Source: Actinomycetota bacterium
GTDB taxonomy: Bacteria > Actinomycetota > UBA4738 > HRBIN12
Assembly (NCBI GenBank): GCA_035288045.1
Contig: DATEBA010000052.1
Coordinates: 3,788 to 67,787 of the forward strand
DNA: 64,000 bases
Reading direction: 5' to 3'
Positions 1-8,881 of this stretch are shown here, one piece after another (the stretch's first letter is position 1; each line of letters opens with the position of its first letter). The notes below the pieces were generated by a model, which ran no database searches, had not been told where the DNA came from, and worked only from the letters and a program-made list of their open reading frames with translations. A program made the translations under genes and the position numbers.

Positions 1-1307
1 CGGCCGCCGAGATCCTGGCCGAGGTGCGCGAGCGGCTGGTGCCGCACCTATACAACGCGTACCACCCCGGCTCTTTCAGCTACTTCACGCCCCCGCCGCT
101 CGCGATGTCGATCGCGGGCGAGGTGCTAGCGCAGTGGATGAACCAGGGCGTCGACGTCTGGAGCTGCGGGCCGGCGGCCGCCTTCGTGGAGGAGGAGGTG
201 ATCGCCTGGCTGCGCGAACTCGTCGGCTACGGAGAGGCCAGCTTCGGGATCCTCACGCCTGGCGGAACGCTGGCGAACGTGATGGCGCTCACGATCGCGC
301 GTGACCTCCATCTCGCGAAGCTGATCGGGTCGGCCGAGCCCCCGCGCGGCACGGCGCTCGAGGGTGCGCGGCTGTATGCGTCCGACCAGGCCCACTTCTC
401 GATCGCCCGTGCTCTCGACCTCCTCGGCTTCCCGCCGGAGACCCTGCGAACCATCCCGTCCGACGAGCGGTTCCGGTTGGAGGCAGATGCGGTGGCCGAC
501 GCGATCTTGGAGGACCGCGCCGCCGGCCTGACGCCCCTCGCGATCGCGGCCGTGTCGGGCTCGACCAACACCGGCTCGGTCGACGCGCTCGCGGATCTCG
601 CCGACGTCGCCGAGCGCGAAGGACTCTGGCTCCACGCCGACGCGGCCTACGGCGGCGCCGCTCGTCTGTCTGCGCGCGACGCTTGGCGTGTGCCCGACCT
701 GGCGCGCGCCGACTCCGTGACGATCGATCCGCACAAGTGGTTCTTCCAGGCCTACGACGTCGGCGGCCTGCTCGTGAAGCGCCGCGAGGACCTGCGGGAT
801 ACGTTCCACCGCGAGCCTGAGTACTACGGCACCGGACCTCGCGAGAAAGACGAGTCGTTGCACTGGTACCAGTACTCGCTCGAGAGCACGCGCCGGTTCC
901 GCGCGCTCAAACTCTGGCTATCGTGGAAGCATCTGGGGACCGAGGGACTCGGTCGGCTGGTCGCCTGCACCGTGGACCTTGCGTCGCACCTCGCCCGCAG
1001 GTGCCGGGAGAGCAACGACCTGGAGGCGCTGCCGGAGGAGCCGGAGCTGTCCGTCGTCTGCTTCCGCCACCTGCCGGGTGGCGACTACGGCCCGGAGGTG
1101 CTGGACCGCTACCAGATCGGGCTCCAGCGTGCGCTCGAGGTCTCGGGAGAGGGATGGGTCTCCACGACAACCCTCCGCGGGCGCACGTACCTGCGTGCCG
1201 GGATCGTGAACTACCTAGCCACGGACGAAGACGTCGACCGGGTCATCGCGGCGCTCCGGCGTCTCTCTCCGGCCGTCGCCGCGGAGACCGGAATCCGCGA
1301 CAGATAG
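1..1307 (+). CDS. Pyridoxal-phosphate dependent group II decarboxylase (glutamate/aromatic-amino-acid/DABA decarboxylase family). The 5' end is truncated by the window edge.
   Basis: ORF 24..1307 has an open frame running to the window start. The PLP-lysine motif 'DPHKW' is present, and 'SGSTNTGSVD' matches PF00282-like decarboxylases. Confidence 0.8.
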   Translation, partial: AAEILAEVRERLVPHLYNAYHPGSFSYFTPPPLAMSIAGEVLAQWMNQGVDVWSCGPAAAFVEEEVIAWLRELVGYGEASFGILTPGGTLANVMALTIARDLHLAKLIGSAEPPRGTALEGARLYASDQAHFSIARALDLLGFPPETLRTIPSDERFRLEADAVADAILEDRAAGLTPLAIAAVSGSTNTGSVDALADLADVAEREGLWLHADAAYGGAARLSARDAWRVPDLARADSVTIDPHKWFFQAYDVGGLLVKRREDLRDTFHREPEYYGTGPREKDESLHWYQYSLESTRRFRALKLWLSWKHLGTEGLGRLVACTVDLASHLARRCRESNDLEALPEEPELSVVCFRHLPGGDYGPEVLDRYQIGLQRALEVSGEGWVSTTTLRGRTYLRAGIVNYLATDEDVDRVIAALRRLSPAVAAETGIRDR

Positions 1308-1333
1308 AGGGACCCTCCCCGGCTCGACGCGGG

Positions 1334-2986
1334 CTACTCGCGCCACGGGAGCCTTACGCCGCGTTCGCGGGCCACGTCCAGGGCCGCCTCGTATCCGGCA
1401 TCGGCGTGTCGGACGACCCCCGTGCCGGGGTCGGTCGTGAGCACCCGCTCCAGTCGTTCCGCGGCCTCGTCGCTCCCGTCGGCCACCACGACCATCCCGG
1501 CGTGGATCGAGAAGCCGATCCCGACGCCGCCCCCGTGGTGCACGCTCACCCAATGGGCTCCGGCGGCGGTGTTCACGAGAGCGTTCAGCACCGGCCAGTC
1601 CGCGACCGCGTCGGAGCCGTCCCTCATCCCCTCGGTCTCGCGGTAGGGCGACGCCACGCTGCCGCTGTCGAGGTGATCGCGGCCGATCACGATGGGCGCC
1701 GACAACTCGCCCGAGGCGACCATCTCGTTGAAACGCAGGCCGGCGGCCGCCCGCTCGCCGTACCCGAGCCAGCAGATCCGCGCCGGGAGCCCCTGGTGCT
1801 GCACGCGCTCCTCGGCCAGCCGGAGCCAGCGGTGAAGCCGCTCTTTGCCCGGGAACAGCTCCATAACCGCGCGATCGGTAGCGAGGATGTCCTCGGGGTC
1901 CCCGGAGAGCGCCACCCACCGGAACGGCCCCTTGCCCTCGCAGAACATCGGACGAACGAACGCCGGCACGAAGCCCGGGTAGGAGAACGCGGGCGCGAAC
2001 CCCCCTTCCTGCGCGCCGGCGCGCAGGTTGTTGCCGTAGTCGAACACGACGGCGCCTTCCGCCTGGAACCCGACCATCGCCTCGCACTGCGCGGCCATCG
2101 ACGCGAAGGCTCGTCGCTGATACTCCTCGGGGTCGTCTGTCCGCATCTTCGCGGCCTCCTCGAGCGACAGGCCGGCCGGCACGTAGCCCCCGAGCGGATC
2201 GTGCGCGCTCGTCTGGTCGGTGACCACGTCGGGACGGAACCCCCGGCGCAGGAGCTCCGGGTGCGTCTCGGCGCAGTTGCCCAGGAGCCCGACCGAGAGC
2301 GGCTCGCCCGCGGCGCGTGCCTCCTCGACCCACGAGAGCGCCTGCTCCAGGTCGTCCGTCTCGCGGTCGAGATAGAGCGCCTTGGTGCGCCGCTCGATCC
2401 TCGTGGGATCCACCTCGACGCAGAGTGCCACTCCCTCGTTCATCGTGACGGCGAGAGGCTGCGCACCGCCCATGCCGCCGAGTCCGCCGGTCAGGACGAC
2501 TCGACCCATCAAGGTGCCGCCGAACCGCTGCGACGCGCACTCCGCGAGCGTCTCGTAGGTGCCTTGCAGGATCCCCTGGGTCCCGATGTAGATCCAGGAG
2601 CCGGCCGTCATCTGCCCGTACATCGTGAGCCCCTGCCGTTCGAGCTCCCGGAACGTGTCCCAGTCGGCCCACTTCGGGACGAGCATCGCGTTCGATATCA
2701 GCACCCGCGGCGCCATCGGGTGCGTGCGAAACACCGCGACCGGCTTGCCGGATTGCACGAGCAGCGTCTCGTCGTCCTCGAGCTCGCGAAGGGCGCGGAC
2801 GATGGCGTCGAAGGCCTCCCAGCTGCGTGCCGCTCTGCCCGTGCCGCCGTATACGACGAGATCCTCGGGGCGCTCGGCGACCTCCGGATCGAGGTTGTTC
2901 ATGAGCATCCGGAGGGCGGCCTCCTGCGGCCATCCCCTGCAGGATCGCTCCGAGCCTCTCGGGGCGCGGACCTCCCGTGCGCTCAT
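1334..2986 (-). CDS. hutU: Urocanate hydratase (urocanase)
   Basis: The 550-aa product matches HutU over its full length, including the NAD-binding segment '[13 protein letters not shown]' and a C-terminal 'HHGGGVGIG'-type segment. Confidence 0.85.
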   Translation of the reverse strand: MSAREVRAPRGSERSCRGWPQEAALRMLMNNLDPEVAERPEDLVVYGGTGRAARSWEAFDAIVRALRELEDDETLLVQSGKPVAVFRTHPMAPRVLISNAMLVPKWADWDTFRELERQGLTMYGQMTAGSWIYIGTQGILQGTYETLAECASQRFGGTLMGRVVLTGGLGGMGGAQPLAVTMNEGVALCVEVDPTRIERRTKALYLDRETDDLEQALSWVEEARAAGEPLSVGLLGNCAETHPELLRRGFRPDVVTDQTSAHDPLGGYVPAGLSLEEAAKMRTDDPEEYQRRAFASMAAQCEAMVGFQAEGAVVFDYGNNLRAGAQEGGFAPAFSYPGFVPAFVRPMFCEGKGPFRWVALSGDPEDILATDRAVMELFPGKERLHRWLRLAEERVQHQGLPARICWLGYGERAAAGLRFNEMVASGELSAPIVIGRDHLDSGSVASPYRETEGMRDGSDAVADWPVLNALVNTAAGAHWVSVHHGGGVGIGFSIHAGMVVVADGSDEAAERLERVLTTDPGTGVVRHADAGYEAALDVARERGVRLPWRE

Positions 2987-3078
2987 CGGTCCTCCCGCCG
3001 GGATGATATCCCCCGGCTACCTCGCGAGCGTTCCCCCGGCGCTACAGTGCGGACCTGTAGCGGCCGAGGGTATCCGAT

Positions 3079-4272
3079 ATGCCAGGCATCCGAGTGCTCG
3101 TCGTGGAGGACGAGCGCCACGTCCGGGAGGCGCTCGCCGACCTCATAGGTTCCGAGCCCGACCTGACGGTGGTTGGGATCGCCGCCGACGCCGGCGAGGC
3201 GATCGGGCTCGCCGAGCAGCGCCTACCCGACGTCGCGCTCGTGGACGTCCGGATGCCCGGAGGCGGCGGGCCGCGCGCGGCCCGCGAGATCATCAAGACC
3301 TCGCCGGCGACGCGCGTCCTAGCGCTCTCTGCGTTCGAGGATCGCTCAACCGTGCTCGACATGCTCCGGGCGGGCGCTGTCGGATACCTCGTGAAGGGCA
3401 CCTCCCCCGAGGAGATCGTCCGCGCGATCCAGCGTGCCGCGCGGGGACAGTCGAGCCTATCCGCCGAGGTGATGGCGAGCGTCGTCGAGGAGCTCTCCAC
3501 ACAGCTCCAGAGGGAAGAGGCCGAGTCCACCGAGAGAGCGGCGGTGATCGACCGGATCCGCCGCGTGATCGGCGGCGACGGGCTCAGCCTCGTCTACCAG
3601 CAGATATTCGATCTCCGCGATCGCAGGGTCGTCGGGATGGAGGCGCTGTCGCGGTTCACGATCCCTCCGGAACGGGGGCCTCAGGCCTGGTTCCAGGAAG
3701 CGGCGCAGGTCGACCTGGCCGTGGATCTCGAGCTCACCGCAGTGGCGGCCGCGCTCGACGACCTGCCTCGCGTCGCGGCGGAGGCGCACCTAGCGATCAA
3801 CTTGTCTCACCGAGCGGCGATGTCCTCCAGGCTCCACGAGGTCATGGAACGCGCCTCCACCGACCGGGTGGTCGTCGAGATCACCGAGCACGAGCAGGTC
3901 GACGACTACGACGCCCTGTGCACCGCCCTCGATCGCCTGCGCACGGACGGCCTCCGTCTCGCGATAGACGACACGGGTGCTGGGTTCGCCAGCCTTCGTC
4001 ACATACTCCGGCTGTCGCCCGATTTCATCAAGCTGGACATCAGCCTCACGCGAGACATCGACACCGACCGAGGTCGCCGCGCGCTCGCCTCGGCTCTCAT
4101 CTCGTTCGCCGAGGAGATGGAGATCGCGATCGTCGCCGAGGGGATCGAGACGCAGGCGGAGCTGGACTCGCTCCGTGACCTCGGCGTCGTGTTCGGGCAG
4201 GGTTTCTTCCTCGCGCGACCGGCCCCTCTTCCTTCACCAGACGTGTCCTCCGAATGGGGGACGGGGCCATAG
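3079..4272 (+). CDS. Response regulator with an N-terminal receiver domain and a C-terminal EAL domain (c-di-GMP phosphodiesterase)
   Basis: The REC domain has 'VLVVEDE' and 'DVALVDVRMPGGGG'. The EAL motif 'MEALSRF' is present, with a downstream 'DDTGAG' and 'EGIETQ' typical of EAL domains. Confidence 0.8.
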   Translation: MPGIRVLVVEDERHVREALADLIGSEPDLTVVGIAADAGEAIGLAEQRLPDVALVDVRMPGGGGPRAAREIIKTSPATRVLALSAFEDRSTVLDMLRAGAVGYLVKGTSPEEIVRAIQRAARGQSSLSAEVMASVVEELSTQLQREEAESTERAAVIDRIRRVIGGDGLSLVYQQIFDLRDRRVVGMEALSRFTIPPERGPQAWFQEAAQVDLAVDLELTAVAAALDDLPRVAAEAHLAINLSHRAAMSSRLHEVMERASTDRVVVEITEHEQVDDYDALCTALDRLRTDGLRLAIDDTGAGFASLRHILRLSPDFIKLDISLTRDIDTDRGRRALASALISFAEEMEIAIVAEGIETQAELDSLRDLGVVFGQGFFLARPAPLPSPDVSSEWGTGP

Positions 4273-4371
4273 ACCGCTGGTGTCATTGTTGACGGAGCGG
4301 GCCGCCGGTGCCGTGCCGGCAGGGCATCATCCCTCAAGGAAGCGGCCTCCCGCGTCGTTCCTAGGAGAGCG

Positions 4372-5538
4372 ATGGAACGCATCCGAGTGCTGATCGCAGA
4401 GGACGAGGACGCGGTCCGCGACGCCCTGGCCGACCTGATCTCGTCTGATGCCGAGATGGAGCTCGTCGGGGCCGCGGGCGACGCAGAGGAAGCCATCGAC
4501 ATCGCGACCCGGGAGCGCCCCGACGTCGCGTTGATAGACGTGAAGATGCCCGCGGGCGGCGGCCCGCGCGCGGCCCGCGAGATCCGTGCCACGTCCCCGC
4601 AGACCCACGTCGTGGCCCTGTCCGCGTACGAGGACCGGCGGACCGTCCTCGAGATGCTCCGAGCCGGCGTCGTTGGCTACATCGTGAAGGGCACCTCCGC
4701 CGAGGAGATCCTCTACACCGTCCGTCGCTCGATGCGGGGCCAGGGGTCGCTGTCGGTGGAGGTCACGGCCGACGTGATCCACGAGCTCGCCTCGCTACTG
4801 GAGCGCTCCGAGGCACTCACGCGCGAGCTCCAGGAGCTCAACAGAACAAAGAGCGAGATCATCCAGCTCCTCTCCCACGAGCTCTTCACCCCGATCACAA
4901 CGATCCAGGGGTTCGCGCTCACCGTGGCCGAGCACGGCGACCAGCTCTCCCCCGACGAGGTGCGGGACCTCGCCACCGGCGTCTCGCGAGCGAGCGAGCG
5001 GATCCGCCGTCTAGTTGGGAATCTCTCAGCCGTCTCCCGGCTCGACCGTGAGGGCGTCGAGGTATCGACGCGGCCTGTGTCCGCCAATGACCTCATCGAA
5101 CGCGCGATGTCGGAGTTCCCCTTCGTGCGGTCCAGGATCGACGTCGCAAAGGGCGGCTCCGACGGGGCGCGTCTCTGGGCGGACCAAGACCTCGCGGTGC
5201 GCGCGGTCGTCGCCCTCCTCGAGAACGCTCTTCAGTTCACGCCGGAGGATCAGAACGTGGAGGTGAAGGTCAGCGGCCGCGGGGCCCAGCTCGAGATCGA
5301 GGTCGCGGATCGCGGCCCGGGCATCCTTCCGGAGAAGCGAGATATCGTCTTCGACGCCTTCACACAGACCGACCCTAGCACCACGCGCACGCACGAGGGC
5401 CTCGGGATCGGGCTCTACCTCGCACACCGCATCATGGCGGCTCATGGCGGCGCGATCCGCCTGGTCGACCGGGAGGGCGGGGGAAGCACGTTCGTGCTCT
5501 CGTTCCCGTCCTTCGACGAGGTTGAGGCGACGGCCTAG
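4372..5538 (+). CDS. Hybrid histidine kinase with an N-terminal receiver domain followed by HisKA and HATPase_c domains
   Basis: The REC domain is near-identical to the N-terminus of the upstream gene. The H-box is 'LSHELFTPIT'. The C-terminus has the G-boxes 'DRGPGI' and 'GLGIGL'. Confidence 0.8.
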   Translation: MERIRVLIAEDEDAVRDALADLISSDAEMELVGAAGDAEEAIDIATRERPDVALIDVKMPAGGGPRAAREIRATSPQTHVVALSAYEDRRTVLEMLRAGVVGYIVKGTSAEEILYTVRRSMRGQGSLSVEVTADVIHELASLLERSEALTRELQELNRTKSEIIQLLSHELFTPITTIQGFALTVAEHGDQLSPDEVRDLATGVSRASERIRRLVGNLSAVSRLDREGVEVSTRPVSANDLIERAMSEFPFVRSRIDVAKGGSDGARLWADQDLAVRAVVALLENALQFTPEDQNVEVKVSGRGAQLEIEVADRGPGILPEKRDIVFDAFTQTDPSTTRTHEGLGIGLYLAHRIMAAHGGAIRLVDREGGGSTFVLSFPSFDEVEATA

Positions 5539-5541
5539 TCC

Positions 5542-6516
5542 TCAGCTCGTCCGGCGGTCGATCGCCCAGGACGACGTCTCGGGCGCCTGGAGCTTGGTGA
5601 ACCCCTTCATCTCCGTCGCTATCGCGACGGCCTCGGCGTGGTGTGAGTAACGGCGCCGCTCGGTCGAGGCGATGCCGATCGAGATCGAGACCAGGGGGAA
5701 ACGCTGGACCTCGCCGCGGCGGTTCTCGACCTCGATGAACCCGCGCGCCCGCTCCTCCGGGTCGTATAGCGCCGGCGCCTCCGCATCGAAGCGCTCGACG
5801 ATGCGTTCGGCGGTCGGGACACCCTGCTCCATCCCGCAGACGACCACGAAGTCGTCGCCGCCGACGTGGCCGACGAACGCGTCGTCCCCGGCGATCTCCA
5901 GAGCGACCTCCTGCAGCACCCGGGAGGTGAACTGGATCACTTGGTCTCCTCGCATGAAGCCGTAGTGGTCGTTGAAGGCTTTGAAGTTGTCGAGGTCGGC
6001 GTAGAGGATCGCGAAGTTCCGCTCGTCTCTAACACGGGCCTCGATCTCCTCCTCGATCCGGACGTTGCCCGGCAGCCCCGTGAGGGGCGATTGCGCGCGC
6101 ATCTCCTTCGAGCGCCGGAGCACCCCCCGGATCCGAGCAAGCAGCTCGGGGGTGTCGAACGGCTTCACGATGTAGTCGTCCGCGCCGATCGAGAACCCTT
6201 CGAGCTTGTCCGAGGAGAGTCCTCGGGCGGTGAGCATGATGATGCTGACCGAGGAGGTCCTCGCGTCCTGCCGGAGGCGGCGCGTGAGCTCGAAGCCGTC
6301 CATGTTCGGCATCATCACGTCGCACAGGACCAGGTCGGGGGACACCTCTCGCGCGATCTGCAGCGCCTGCTCTCCGTCGTGTGCCACGCGCACCGAATAC
6401 CCCGAGGCCGAAAGCTCGATCTCGAGGAGCCTCGCGATGAAGGGGTCGTCGTCGACGACCAGGATCCGCTCGCCGGCAGGCCCGTCGGCCCGGCCTACCT
6501 CGTCCGACGGCTCCAC
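5542..6516 (-). CDS. Response regulator with a receiver domain and a GGDEF (diguanylate cyclase-like) domain. The N-terminus is trimmed to a GTG start.
   Basis: The REC domain starts 'RILVVDDDP...DLVLCDVMMP'. The GGDEF domain carries the variant signature 'GGDDF'. The first ~200 aa of ORF 5542..7122 are Arg/Asp-rich and overlap the divergent cbs gene, so the start is placed at an in-frame GTG at 6516. Confidence 0.65.
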   Translation of the reverse strand: MEPSDEVGRADGPAGERILVVDDDPFIARLLEIELSASGYSVRVAHDGEQALQIAREVSPDLVLCDVMMPNMDGFELTRRLRQDARTSSVSIIMLTARGLSSDKLEGFSIGADDYIVKPFDTPELLARIRGVLRRSKEMRAQSPLTGLPGNVRIEEEIEARVRDERNFAILYADLDNFKAFNDHYGFMRGDQVIQFTSRVLQEVALEIAGDDAFVGHVGGDDFVVVCGMEQGVPTAERIVERFDAEAPALYDPEERARGFIEVENRRGEVQRFPLVSISIGIASTERRRYSHHAEAVAIATEMKGFTKLQAPETSSWAIDRRTS

Positions 6517-6651
6517 CGGGGCCCTCTCGGCGCATGTGGGGTCACGGCTCCGCAGGATACCCGAGGAGTTGCCGCCGAACGGTCGTTTCGCCGTCAGCAC
6601 GGGAGCCGGAGTCGTGGAGAATAGGACCGTGAGCGCTCCCGGGAGCCGGCG

Positions 6652-8016
6652 ATGGAGGTGATGGAGACCATCCTCGACGCGGTCGGGCGAACGCCGCTCG
6701 TTCGCCTTCACAGCGTCACCCGTGGCGTCGCGCCCACGGTGCTGGCGAAGCTGGAGATGCTGAACCCCGGCGGAAGCGTCAAGGACCGCATCGGCCTGCG
6801 GATGATCGAGGCGGCCGAGCGCGAGGGCCTCCTCCGGCCGGGCGGGACGATCGTCGAACCCACGTCGGGTAACACCGGACACGGCCTCGCGATCGCCGCG
6901 GCCATCAAGGGATACAGGTGCATCTTCGTGATGCCCGACAAGATGAGCCAGGAGAAGGTCGCGCTCCTGCGCGCGTACGGAGCCGAGGTCATCATCACGC
7001 CTACCGCGGTTCCGCCCGGACACCCGGAGTCCTACTACCGTGTCGCAGACCGCCTGACCGAGGAGATCCCCGGAGCCTTCCAACCGAACCAGTACTTCAA
7101 CCAGGAGAACCCCGCGGCGCACCTCGCGTCGACCGGTCCTGAGATCTGGGAGCAGACCGAGGGCAAGATCGACGTGCTGGTCTCCGGTGTCGGAACGGGC
7201 GGGACGATCACCGGCACGGCTCGCTACCTGAAGGAGCGCAAGCCCGACGTGCTCGTGGTCGGCGCCGACCCTGAGGGCTCGATCTTCACGGGCGGCGACC
7301 CCCGCCCCTACTTGACCGAGGGCATCGGCGAGGACTTCTGGCCGGAGACGTTCGACCCGTCGGTCGTCGATCGGTGGGTTCGCGTCTCCGACCGCGACGC
7401 GTTCCGGTGCGCGCGAGCGATCACGCGCGAGGAGGGGATCCTCGCGGGCGGGTCGTCGGGGACCGCGATGTTCGCCGCGCTCGAGGTGGCCAGGGAGCTT
7501 CCCGCGTCAAAGCTCGTGGTGGTCATCTTCCCCGACACCGGCCGCAACTACCTCTCGAAGCTCTACTCCGACTCGTGGCTCCTCCAGTACGGGCTTTTGG
7601 AGCGCCCGGAGGCGGTGCGGGTGGAGGAGGTGCTCGGGCAGAAGGCCGCCGAGCTGCCACCGCTCATCACCGTGAACGCCCACGACAGGGTCCGGCAGGC
7701 GATCGATGTGCTTCAGGAGCACGGTATCTCGCAGGCGCCGGTGGTGCGCGACGGCTCCACGGAGGTGGCCGACTTCGTGGGCTCGATCCGAGAGGGGGAG
7801 CTGCTCGACCGGATCTTCCACGACCCCGATGCGCTCCAGGCCGACGTGGCGCAGGTGATGGGACCACCGATACCGATGGTCGAGCACGATCGACCGGTCG
7901 AGGCGGCGTTCGCGGAGCTCCAGCGCGCGTCGGCTGTCCTCGTCGCTCGGGGCGAGCGCGTCGAGGGCGTGCTTACGCGCAGCGACCTGCTCGAGTACCT
8001 CGCCCACCGGACCTAG
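6652..8016 (+). CDS. Cystathionine beta-synthase (PLP fold type II catalytic core plus a C-terminal CBS-domain pair)
   Basis: Has the 'GGSVKDR' PLP-lysine motif, 'TSGNTG' and the glycine-rich loop 'GVGTGGTITG'. The C-terminal ~120 aa form a CBS pair. Confidence 0.85.
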   Translation: MEVMETILDAVGRTPLVRLHSVTRGVAPTVLAKLEMLNPGGSVKDRIGLRMIEAAEREGLLRPGGTIVEPTSGNTGHGLAIAAAIKGYRCIFVMPDKMSQEKVALLRAYGAEVIITPTAVPPGHPESYYRVADRLTEEIPGAFQPNQYFNQENPAAHLASTGPEIWEQTEGKIDVLVSGVGTGGTITGTARYLKERKPDVLVVGADPEGSIFTGGDPRPYLTEGIGEDFWPETFDPSVVDRWVRVSDRDAFRCARAITREEGILAGGSSGTAMFAALEVARELPASKLVVVIFPDTGRNYLSKLYSDSWLLQYGLLERPEAVRVEEVLGQKAAELPPLITVNAHDRVRQAIDVLQEHGISQAPVVRDGSTEVADFVGSIREGELLDRIFHDPDALQADVAQVMGPPIPMVEHDRPVEAAFAELQRASAVLVARGERVEGVLTRSDLLEYLAHRT

Positions 8017-8017
8017 C

Positions 8018-8881
8018 GTGCGCAGCCTCGGTATCGACGTGGGAGTACGCAAGGGGCTAGACCTCGTTCTGCTCTCGGCGAGCGACCAGGACGAGGACAC
8101 GGCGATCAAGGCGACGCGCCGACGCGTGCCCCCGGAGGAGCTCCCCAGCATAGTCGCCGACCTCGCGCCCGACGTGGTAGGCATCGACTCCCCGCCCGAC
8201 TGGGGCTCCGACGGCCGTTCCCGGGCAGCGGAGCGCGCCCTCCGCGAATTCGGGATCCAGTCGTTCGGAACGCCTTCGGGCAACGGCGGCGGCCACCCCT
8301 TCTACGCGTGGATGGAGGTCGGCTTCCAGGCTTTCCGCGCGCTCTCGGAACGTTTCCCCCGGTACCGGAGCGGGCGCAACGTGCGCGGAACCGCCCTCGA
8401 GGTGTTCCCCCACGCGAGCTCCGTCGTGCTGGCCGGCTGTCTACCGCATCCCGAGGAGAGCAAGCGGAAGTGGCGAGCGGCGGTGCTTGGCGCGAACGGC
8501 GTCGACGCCAGTAAGCTCCGCTCGGCCGACCAGATCGATGCCGCCCTTGCGGCCCTCACGGGGATCCGGGCCCTGCGCGGGAGGTTCACCGCCCTGGGCG
8601 ACCCGCTCGAGGGCGTCATCGTCGTTCCCTCGCACGCTCTACCGCCGCCCCCGTACCGTCGCTGCGAGCGCCCGCCGCGTCGCGACCAGCAACCGCACCT
8701 GCCCGGCCTCACGCCCTGCGGGTGCGGCGACCCGTCGTGCACCGCGATGACCAGGGCCGAGTTCGCCCGGGGCCACGACGCGAAGCGCAAGCGGCTGCTC
8801 TGGATCCGGGCGCGCGACGGCGACGAGGCGGTCAGGGAGCTGGCGCGACGCGGCTGGGACCTGCCCCCGGAGATGCGATGA
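8018..8881 (+). CDS. DUF429 family protein (predicted RNase H-fold nuclease-like)
   Basis: The N-terminus 'MRSLGIDVG...' and overall length are typical of DUF429. It sits between cbs and the gamma-synthase gene, and its stop overlaps the next start as ATGA. Confidence 0.5.
   Translation: MRSLGIDVGVRKGLDLVLLSASDQDEDTAIKATRRRVPPEELPSIVADLAPDVVGIDSPPDWGSDGRSRAAERALREFGIQSFGTPSGNGGGHPFYAWMEVGFQAFRALSERFPRYRSGRNVRGTALEVFPHASSVVLAGCLPHPEESKRKWRAAVLGANGVDASKLRSADQIDAALAALTGIRALRGRFTALGDPLEGVIVVPSHALPPPPYRRCERPPRRDQQPHLPGLTPCGCGDPSCTAMTRAEFARGHDAKRKRLLWIRARDGDEAVRELARRGWDLPPEMR

Noticed and set aside
923-4178. Very long ORFs (741, 572 and 517 aa) overlapping hutU and the REC-EAL gene on both strands
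   Set aside because: They have Arg/Gly/Pro/Ala-rich low-complexity translations with no recognisable motifs, which is the classic high-GC alternate-frame artifact. The overlapping hutU and REC-EAL frames have strong family signatures.
6517-6651. SAM riboswitch (S-box / SAM-IV) upstream of the cbs operon
   Set aside because: The leader starts 'GGUCACGG', which is reminiscent of SAM-IV, but the downstream 'GGCAACC...GGUGCC' consensus blocks are absent. The identification is not supportable by eye.
6517-7122. N-terminal 200 aa of ORF 5542..7122 (REC-GGDEF)
   Set aside because: The region is Arg/Asp/Gly-rich and antisense to the cbs coding region. The receiver domain begins at aa ~218, and an in-frame GTG at 6516 gives a normal-sized protein.
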